The translations under genes were made by a program, and so were the position numbers. From NCBI GenBank assembly GCA_035492855.1, contig DATJIU010000012.1:3053-67052 (forward strand): 64,000 nucleotides of DNA. The letters are read 5' to 3'. Positions 21,026 through 28,415 of the stretch are shown piece after piece. The stretch comes from Dongiaceae bacterium (lineage in GTDB: Bacteria > Verrucomicrobiota > Verrucomicrobiia > Limisphaerales > JAFMIX01). How positions within the stretch are numbered: the stretch's first letter is position 1; each line of letters opens with the position of its first letter. Below the pieces are notes generated by a model. That model was not told the origin of the DNA and made no database searches. It saw nothing but the letters and a program-made list of their open reading frames with translations.

Positions 21026-21282
21026 ATTAATTTTGCTTCGGGGACAGAACTCGCCGGCATCCCGGGGCGGACAGCTTCTCCGGCCGGCATCTAAAAGGTC
21101 GTTGATTGGCTTCGGCCACCGCACGGCGACGTCTCCGGCTGGTCAAAAGCCCACCGTTGAAATGGACAATGCAAGCGGCGCTGCCGGGGGCCGCACCGCT
21201 TCTTTTTTACCAGGATGCCAAATTGCCCGAAGCCACCGCATTTCGGAGGAGTTGGCGGTCGGCAGGCCATTCGGGTGGTGAA

Positions 21283-22002
21283 TCAACGCATCTTTTTCCG
21301 GGCCAACACCAGCAGGGCGCCACCCAGGCCGGTCAACGCCACCGTGCCCGGCTCCGGAACGGTCAGCGGCGGGGTGACGATGGCCGTGCCCGGCGTGGTT
21401 TCATATCCGGTCTCAATCAGCGTCATCGTTGAATTGATGCCGTTAAACTCCAGCTCCAACCACCCATAATTGGTGGTGCTCAGCGAGGTGTCCACCATGG
21501 CCAGGCCCACATAACCAAAAGTGTCCTGACCCGCCGGCCACTGGCCCACCGTATTGTTTTCGCCATTTTGATACAGATAGCCTTCATTTTTGCCATGCGT
21601 ATCGCCCCCCGCGTCGCCAATGGTGAGGGTATAACTGCCCACGGTGAATTGGCTGGAGATGGCCGTGCCGGCGGGAATTACCGGCACCCCGTTGTTGTCA
21701 TTGCTCGCTGGCGCCACCGCGTTCATGTTCAGTTCGTTGAAAACAAACGGGGTGGGGTTGGGAAATGTCCCGGGATAGGATCCGGAGGTGGTGCTGGCCC
21801 CCAAGATGCAGGGCTTGGCGGCATTATTGTTGTCAAAAAACGCCTTGTAATCGTCAGTGCTGTCCGAATTCAGATCAAAGTTATAGCCGGCGTCGCCGGT
21901 GTTTACGGTGTGGTTTAAGAAGTGGGTGACCACGGCGCCATGAGCCATGCCTGCGGCGAGCACGGAACTCGACGCTGCCAGGAGAGTTTTGTTTGCTTTC
22001 AT
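21283..22002 (-). CDS. PEP-CTERM sorting-domain protein (paralog of the N-domain of the downstream gene)
   Basis: 239 aa. The C-terminal 'VPEPGTVALTGLGGALLVLARKKMR' gives the PEP motif, a TM helix and a basic tail. The first 23 aa are identical to those of the 18911-21025 product. Confidence 0.85.
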   Translation of the reverse strand: MKANKTLLAASSSVLAAGMAHGAVVTHFLNHTVNTGDAGYNFDLNSDSTDDYKAFFDNNNAAKPCILGASTTSGSYPGTFPNPTPFVFNELNMNAVAPASNDNNGVPVIPAGTAISSQFTVGSYTLTIGDAGGDTHGKNEGYLYQNGENNTVGQWPAGQDTFGYVGLAMVDTSLSTTNYGWLELEFNGINSTMTLIETGYETTPGTAIVTPPLTVPEPGTVALTGLGGALLVLARKKMR

Positions 22003-22538
22003 AGTCAGGGTTGCTTTCTGGAACTGCGTTCGCGGGCGTTTAGGGCGGACATCGTCTCCAAGCAGTGGGAGCCCCGGAAAAAATTGGCTTGAACCGCAAG
22101 GCGGTGACGTTCACTACCATTGGCGACAATGTTATTCACGGTTTCTCGCCCCTGAACCAACCTGGCCCGCTTGAGTCACGAGCGGGCCAAACCCTCATTT
22201 CATCCAAATGGTTGAAACGTAATTAAGGGTTGTGTGGAAATGCTAATTCAGGTGACGAGCACAGGTTATCGAACTGCTGGGAAATCAGCGCGGGACTCTC
22301 GTGCCAAAAAGCGGGTGGAAGCGTGCCAGATGTGGCACAGCGCACCCGCTGCCCGCATTGGGTATTGAACATCGGGATATCAGGACAGAATAACCCAACC
22401 AACTATGAACAAGTGGTTTGCCGTAATCATCTGCACCGCCATCACAGCCGCAAGGTCGGGCAGGGTTTCCGTAGATGAGGTCTTTCCTTGAAAGATCGCG
22501 CGAATCGGGAGATTGACCTGCAACCGCCCCGCCTTAAG

Positions 22539-25500
22539 ATGGCCGGTATGCTGCCACAGAGCGGTTGGGGCCGCCTAATTCCCTTTTTCAGCCGGGCTTT
22601 GCTATGTGCCGGCGGGGTCGGGCTGCTCTGGTTCTGCCCTTTCGGCGTGATGGCGGCCTCCGACACCAACGCCCTCCCGGCCAAGATTGTCCGGCAATAC
22701 GCCCTGACTTCCGCCAACGATTTCCCCCAACGCGATCCCATGGACTGGCGCCTGCTCGGATCCAATGATGGCGGGCAATCCTGGCGGGTCCTGGATGAGC
22801 GCAAGGGCATCGTCTTCACCAACCGTCACGAGCGGCAACTTTTCCGGATCTCCAACCACACCGCCTTCAACGTGTATCGCCTGGAAATCCTGCGCATCCG
22901 CAAACCTTCCGAGGCCAATTCCATCCAACTGGCGGAAATCGAGCCGCTCGGCGAGACCGAGGCGGACGTGGACCCCGTTCCCATTTTTGCCGACCGGATT
23001 ACGGCCCAGGGCGACAATCCGAATCTGGAGGAACCCTTCAACGTCTTCGACGGCCAGGCAGACACCAAATGGCTGGATTTTGCCGACCAAAATCCCGACA
23101 CCCGGGCCTCCTGGATTCAGTGGCAGTACACCGACCACACCGGCCTGGTCATCACCAACATCAACCATCTCCTGGAATTGCGCGGCCAGGCGGCCCGGCA
23201 ATATGCGGTGCGGCTCAACGGGTGGATTATCGGCTCCCTGGAGTCGCCCGACCGGTGGTGTTTGTTGAATGCCTCCGGTCATTTTGATTTCCCGATGCCG
23301 CCACCGGCGAATTTTTCCCCGGGCCAACAAGTCCGGGTGGAAGGCCGCACGCGCGCCGTCGGGGGCGACACCGAAATCGCGGAAGTCCAGGTCACCCCGC
23401 TGACACCGCTTGCCCCCCCGGTACCGGCCGGCTTGGGAGAACCATTGTCACCCCAGGAAACCATGCGTCCGGTGCTGGTAAGCGGGACGGTGCGTTTTGT
23501 AGGCCGCTACGAGCAGGGTTTGAGTTTTGAATTAATGGAGAATGGCCGCTTCGTCACGGTGCGCGTGCTGCATGCCGCCCCGACCGGTGCTTTGCCTGCA
23601 CCCGGCATGCGCGTGCAGGTGACCGGGGTGGCCGAGGGGGTTTTCAACAGCCAGGGCCAACGCGTCCTGGGACTGGTATGGGCCGCCACGCCCCAACAAA
23701 TCACTCCTTTGGCTCCGCTGGCAACCCAGCCACCCGCCCCGGCCAACGCCGCCAGCAATGAAGTGCCCGAGGCTCTGACCCTCACCTCCATCCACCAAAT
23801 TCGACAGTTGAGCGCCGACCGGCTGGAACAAAAACCCCGCGTCTCCCTGCGCGGCGTGGTGACCGACCTTTATGGCACCTACATCGAGGATGAGACCGGC
23901 GGCATCGAACTCGGCTTCAAGCCCGAGCAGTCGTACCTGACGCCCGCTCTCGGGGACTACGTGGTGGTCCAGGGCACCGCCGACTGGGTGGATGGCGACA
24001 CCGCCGTGAATGTCGAGAGCGTGCAGTCACTGGGCAAGGGCAGCCTGCCCACCGCCAAACCTTCCTCCTGGAGCGAACTCTCCAGTGGTCACGGTGTGGA
24101 CCAATGGGTGGAAATTGAAGGCGTGGTGCACGCTTCGGATGGCTCCCATGTGCTGCTGGAATGTGAAGGCGAACAGGCCCTGGCCACCATTCGCAGCGCT
24201 CCAGCGCCTTTGGTGGACAACCTGGTGGATGCCGTCGTCCGCATGCGCGGCATCGGCACCACCGCCCGCGACAAACATCAGGTGCGCGGCACCACCCTCA
24301 TCGTGCCCTCGCTGGAATTTGTGGAGGTGGACCAGCCGCCGGAGGATGTGGCCGCCTTGCCCACCCGCAAGATCAGCAGCCTCCTGCATGGCTACGGTTC
24401 CAAGGCGTTGCGCCGCCGCGTCAAAATTGAAGGCATCCTGACGTTGCAGGATGGCGATCATTATTTTCTGCAGGACGGCACTGGCAGCACCATGGCCGTG
24501 GCCAAGCAAAGCATTGTCCTCACCCGTTCCGGCCACTGGGTGTTCTGGCAAAGCACCCAGAGTCCGGACACCGGCGGCGAGGCCACCCTGAAACCGGGCG
24601 ACCGGGTTGAAGTCGTGGGCTTCCCCGAGTTGCGCGGCTATTCTCCGGTGCTGACCGAGGCGTTATTTCACCGGCTCGGCCAAGCCACCCCGGTCCTGCC
24701 CGTGCGGACCGACATGGAGAGCATTTTTTCCGGCAACCTGGATTCCACCCTGGTCAGCCTGGAAGGTGTGCTGTTAAGCAAACAAATGTTCGGCCGCCGG
24801 ACCGTCATGGAATTTCGCGACGGGCAGCGCGTGTTTGAAGCCCTCGCCCAAACCCCGGTCACCGCCGTCGCCCCGGGCAGTCGCGTCCGGGTTACCGGCG
24901 TATGCCAGACCCAGCCCACCCCTTATGAAGAATTCGGCAAAAGTGTCAGCTCGTTCAAACTCCTGGTGGGGGCGGAGTCCGACCTGGTCGTGTTGCAACG
25001 GCCGCCGTGGTGGGATTTCAAACGCACCCTGGCGGTGGCCGGCACCCTGACCGGCATTTTGTTCGTGGCCGTCTGCTGGATTGTGCTGCTGCGGCGCCAG
25101 GTGGAAAAACGCACCCTCCTCCTGCAACGGGAAATTGAGGAGCGCAAACGCATCGAACTCAAAATGGAGCGCACCCATCAACAGCTCCTCACCACCTCCC
25201 GCCTGGCCGGCATGGCCGAGGTAGCCACCTATGTGCTCCACAATGTCGGCAACGTGCTCAACAGCGTCAACCTCTTGGGCGCCGCCATTGCCAACAGCAT
25301 TCATGACTCCCAGGTGGGCGCCGTCCGCAAGCTCGCTGACCTCCTTTCCGCGCAGGGCAATGACTTGGGAAAATTCATGACCGACGACCCGCGCGGGCAA
25401 AGGGTACCCGGCTATTTGAAGCGGCTCGGCACCCATCTCGCCCAGGAACAGTCTGATCTCAACCGCAAGGTGGAGTTTCTGACCGGGAACATCCAGCACA

Positions 25501-26084
25501 TCAAGGAAATCGTGGCCACCCAGCATGCCTACGCCAAGGCCTCGGGCGTTTGGGAAACCGCCCTGCTGGAGGACATCGTGGAAGACGCCCTCCGCATGCA
25601 GGGCGAAATTCTCGCCCACCACAACATCCGGCTGGAGCGGGATTATGTGAAAGCTCCGCCCGTATTGCTGGACCGCCACAAGGTGCTGCAAATCCTGTTC
25701 AACCTGTTGCAAAACGCCAAGCACGCCTGCGACAAGGCCGGCACCGCAGAAAAAAAAATCACCGTGCGCATCCGCCTGCCGGACGGGCAGCACGTCTCCG
25801 TGGCCGTGCAGGACAATGGTGTGGGGATCGCTCCGGAAAATCTGCCGCGCATCTTTGGGCAGGGTTTTTCCACCCGCAAAGACGGCCACGGGCTGGGGCT
25901 GCACAGCAGCGTGTTGATGGCCGAAGACATGGGCGGCACGCTCAAAGCTTTCAGTGCCGGGCCCGGTCAGGGCGCCACCTTCACCCTGGAACTGCCCCTG
26001 GCCCCCAAAACCGAAACGCCCCACCCGGAACCGCGGCCCACTGCAACCGCCGCCCCGGCGCCGCCGGCAAATATCTCCAATTAA
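22539..26084 (+). CDS. Large sensor histidine kinase with a discoidin-like and repeated OB-like ectodomain
   Basis: ATG 22539 is preferred over TTG 22488. It has an N-terminal TM/signal and discoidin-like blocks ('DWRLLGSNDGGQSWRVL', 'FDGQADTKWLDF'). Repeated 'V.[IL].G.V' modules follow, then the TM helix 'LAVAGTLTGILFVAVCWIVLL'. The DHp is 'AGMAEVATYVLHNVGNVLNSV' and the HATPase has 'LLQNAKHA', 'QDNGVGI' and 'GHGLGLH'. Confidence 0.85.
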   Translation: MAGMLPQSGWGRLIPFFSRALLCAGGVGLLWFCPFGVMAASDTNALPAKIVRQYALTSANDFPQRDPMDWRLLGSNDGGQSWRVLDERKGIVFTNRHERQLFRISNHTAFNVYRLEILRIRKPSEANSIQLAEIEPLGETEADVDPVPIFADRITAQGDNPNLEEPFNVFDGQADTKWLDFADQNPDTRASWIQWQYTDHTGLVITNINHLLELRGQAARQYAVRLNGWIIGSLESPDRWCLLNASGHFDFPMPPPANFSPGQQVRVEGRTRAVGGDTEIAEVQVTPLTPLAPPVPAGLGEPLSPQETMRPVLVSGTVRFVGRYEQGLSFELMENGRFVTVRVLHAAPTGALPAPGMRVQVTGVAEGVFNSQGQRVLGLVWAATPQQITPLAPLATQPPAPANAASNEVPEALTLTSIHQIRQLSADRLEQKPRVSLRGVVTDLYGTYIEDETGGIELGFKPEQSYLTPALGDYVVVQGTADWVDGDTAVNVESVQSLGKGSLPTAKPSSWSELSSGHGVDQWVEIEGVVHASDGSHVLLECEGEQALATIRSAPAPLVDNLVDAVVRMRGIGTTARDKHQVRGTTLIVPSLEFVEVDQPPEDVAALPTRKISSLLHGYGSKALRRRVKIEGILTLQDGDHYFLQDGTGSTMAVAKQSIVLTRSGHWVFWQSTQSPDTGGEATLKPGDRVEVVGFPELRGYSPVLTEALFHRLGQATPVLPVRTDMESIFSGNLDSTLVSLEGVLLSKQMFGRRTVMEFRDGQRVFEALAQTPVTAVAPGSRVRVTGVCQTQPTPYEEFGKSVSSFKLLVGAESDLVVLQRPPWWDFKRTLAVAGTLTGILFVAVCWIVLLRRQVEKRTLLLQREIEERKRIELKMERTHQQLLTTSRLAGMAEVATYVLHNVGNVLNSVNLLGAAIANSIHDSQVGAVRKLADLLSAQGNDLGKFMTDDPRGQRVPGYLKRLGTHLAQEQSDLNRKVEFLTGNIQHIKEIVATQHAYAKASGVWETALLEDIVEDALRMQGEILAHHNIRLERDYVKAPPVLLDRHKVLQILFNLLQNAKHACDKAGTAEKKITVRIRLPDGQHVSVAVQDNGVGIAPENLPRIFGQGFSTRKDGHGLGLHSSVLMAEDMGGTLKAFSAGPGQGATFTLELPLAPKTETPHPEPRPTATAAPAPPANISN

Positions 26085-26102
26085 TCGCACCCCAAACGCC
26101 AC

Positions 26103-28235
26103 ATGAAATGGGAAAACACCCAGACGCCGCGCATCCTCGTGGTGGATGACAACCGCCGCATTCACGAGGATTTCGATCTGGTTTTCGCCACGCGCCAGCG
26201 CAACCTGGAGTTGGAAGCCGACCATGCCGAGTTCTACGGCGAGTCCGCGCCGCCGGTGGTGGCAAATCCCACGTATGAAGTGGACCACGCCTTTTCCGGC
26301 ATCGAGGGGATTGCGAAAACGCAAAGCTCCCTGGCCGCCGGCACCCCCTATCAGGTGGCCTTTGTGGATATCCGCATGCCCGGCATGGACGGGGTGGAAA
26401 CCATTGGCCGCCTCTGGGCCATTGACCCGCGCATTCAGGTGGTCATCTGCACGGCCTTCGCCGATTACCGGTGGGAAGACCTCGCCGGCCGGCTCGGCCA
26501 GAGTGACAAATTGCTGGTCCTAAAAAAACCTTTTGACCATATCGAAGCCTTTCAACTCGCCTGCACGCTGAGCGAAAAATGGTTTCTCACCCGGCATGCG
26601 GCCCTCAAATTCGAGCAGATGGAATTGCTGGTGGCCCAGCGCACCCAACGTCTGCTGGACCTCCAACGCCGCGAAGCCCGGCAGCCTGATGAGCTGGATC
26701 AAATCAAACTCCGGCTGCTCACCCGCCTGACCGAAAGCCTGCGCCCGCCCCTCACTCACATCCATGACTGGCTGGAGCATTCGCGCGGCCGAAAACCGGA
26801 AGCCCCCGGGGGGATGGAGGTGCGTCAAAGTGCCGCGCAGTTGCTGCATCTGGTGGAAGAAGGTTTGAACCTGGGCCACCTCGCGAAAGAGGATGTGCAA
26901 CTTCAGGCGGCCGCCGCCGATATGGTGCCGTTTCTGCAAGGGATTGTGGACCGGCTCCAACCAGAGGCCAATCGGCGGCAGGTTCGCCTGGAATTCCAGA
27001 GCAATCAAACTCATTGGCCCGCCACCTTCGACCCGCGGCTGCTGGAAAAAGTTTTGGTCAATCTGGGGTCGGGTGCTTTGGCCCTGACCCCGGAAAATGG
27101 CCGCGTCTCTGTGCAGGCCGAGTTCAATCCCGACGGCCTACAACTGGTGATTCAAGACACCGGAGCAGGCGTTTCCCCGGAGGGCCAACCCCGGGGGGCC
27201 GCGGTCTCGGGCCAGCCTCCCTATTTTCCCGGCCTGAGCCTGGCATTTATCCAGGAATTGCTGCGGCTCCAAGGTGGCACCCTCGCTTGGCAAAGTCCCG
27301 GGTCCGACTCTGCCACCGCAACCCAATCTCCCGGCACGCGCTTCATCCTCCAGTTACCGCTGCCGGAACGCGACGCTAGCGGGGGCGAATCCCCGGCCCC
27401 GGTGGAAGCGCCCACGGCTCCGATCGGTGCCACCCCCGCACCGCCATTGGATGAGGAATCCGGATTGAAGGAGCAGCCGCTGATTTTGCTGGTCATGGAC
27501 CGGGCCGATGCGGCGGCGCAAATCCAGCAGGGGTTTGGCGCGGACTATCGCACCCTCCTGGTCAAGGACGGCACGCAAGGGCTCATTCAAGCCCGCGAAA
27601 TGCTGCCCGACGTCATTATTGCCGAGGTGGCGCTTTCCGTGCTGGACGGCATTGAACTCTGCCGGAAGCTCAAAAATGACGAACTGACGGGCCACATTCC
27701 GGTCATCTTGATTGCCGACCACGGCCGGGAAACGGGCCAACTACAGGCGCTGGAAGCCGGAGCGGATGATTACCTGCTCCAACCCTTGAACTTTTCGCTG
27801 CTCCGGGCGCGGGTGGACAATCTCCATGAATCCCGCCAGAAACTGGCCGGGCGACTGCGGCAGGTGCAGCAGTTATATCCGCGTGACCTGGCCACGAATC
27901 AAAGCGACGCCAAATTTATCCGCCGCGTAATTGACCTGGTGGAGGAAAACCTGGCGGATTGCGATTTTGATCTGGAAATCATGGCCCGCAAGCTGGCGGT
28001 GAGCCGCCGGCAATTGTTCCGCAAGCTGGGCGCCGCCGCCGGGTGCAGCCCGAACACGTTCATCCGCACCCTGCGCCTGCGGCGCGCCGCGCAGTTGCTG
28101 ATGGAATCCCAGATGACGGTGACCGAAATCACCTACGCCGTGGGGTTTTCAGACCTAAAATATTTTCGCACCATTTTTCGCGAGTATTACGGGGTGAGTC
28201 CGGGGGAATATCTCAAGCGTTCCAAAACGCCCTGA
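26103..28235 (+). CDS. Response regulator with an intact REC, a degenerate HisKA/HATPase core, a degenerate REC and an AraC-type HTH
   Basis: 710 aa. REC1 is canonical (VVDDN, FVDIRMPGMDG, CTAF, KKPF). The DHp reads 'LTESLRPPLT' (His replaced by Glu). The N-box is 'NLGSGALA' and G2 is 'FPGLSL'. REC2 reads 'LVMDRAD', 'IIAEVAL', 'LIAD' and 'LLQPLN'. The C-terminal AraC HTH is 'YAVGFSDLKYFRTIFREYYGVSPGEY'. It lies 18 nt after the kinase gene. Confidence 0.85.
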   Translation: MKWENTQTPRILVVDDNRRIHEDFDLVFATRQRNLELEADHAEFYGESAPPVVANPTYEVDHAFSGIEGIAKTQSSLAAGTPYQVAFVDIRMPGMDGVETIGRLWAIDPRIQVVICTAFADYRWEDLAGRLGQSDKLLVLKKPFDHIEAFQLACTLSEKWFLTRHAALKFEQMELLVAQRTQRLLDLQRREARQPDELDQIKLRLLTRLTESLRPPLTHIHDWLEHSRGRKPEAPGGMEVRQSAAQLLHLVEEGLNLGHLAKEDVQLQAAAADMVPFLQGIVDRLQPEANRRQVRLEFQSNQTHWPATFDPRLLEKVLVNLGSGALALTPENGRVSVQAEFNPDGLQLVIQDTGAGVSPEGQPRGAAVSGQPPYFPGLSLAFIQELLRLQGGTLAWQSPGSDSATATQSPGTRFILQLPLPERDASGGESPAPVEAPTAPIGATPAPPLDEESGLKEQPLILLVMDRADAAAQIQQGFGADYRTLLVKDGTQGLIQAREMLPDVIIAEVALSVLDGIELCRKLKNDELTGHIPVILIADHGRETGQLQALEAGADDYLLQPLNFSLLRARVDNLHESRQKLAGRLRQVQQLYPRDLATNQSDAKFIRRVIDLVEENLADCDFDLEIMARKLAVSRRQLFRKLGAAAGCSPNTFIRTLRLRRAAQLLMESQMTVTEITYAVGFSDLKYFRTIFREYYGVSPGEYLKRSKTP

Positions 28236-28415
28236 GCGGGCGGAGCCCGCGGGCCGGAGATTTTTGTCACTTTACCCCCGCTATTTTGGCACATTGCTCC
28301 CACGACAATCCGCGATTCCGAACCGAGGATGCGGCGCAATCACACTTATGAAAACGACGCTCACCATTTGTCCTCCGGAGTGCCGGGGCGATTCCAAGGC
28401 AACCTCATTGATGTT

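Noticed and set aside
19262-21094. 610-aa plus-strand ORF
   Set aside because: It is antisense to the Ig/LamG secreted protein. Its composition (G/R/H/V runs) and lack of motifs indicate a shadow frame.
21173-21208. Hairpin (AAGCGGCGC...GCACCGCTT) followed by TTTTTT on the plus strand, between the two paralogous minus-strand genes
   Set aside because: It is oriented as a plus-strand terminator where no plus-strand gene exists. In the minus orientation it lacks a U-tract. The stem is imperfect, so I left it unannotated.
24774-26324. 516-aa minus-strand ORF
   Set aside because: It is antisense to the kinase core of the sensor kinase and to the start of the response regulator. It crosses a gene boundary and shows no motif.
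28236-28266. GC-rich palindrome GCGGGC-GGA-GCCCGC / GCCCGCGGGC followed by TTTTT after the AraC-type regulator
   Set aside because: It is plausible as a terminator. However, the T-run is separated from the best stem by about 10 nt and alternative pairings exist, so confidence is too low to list it as a feature.
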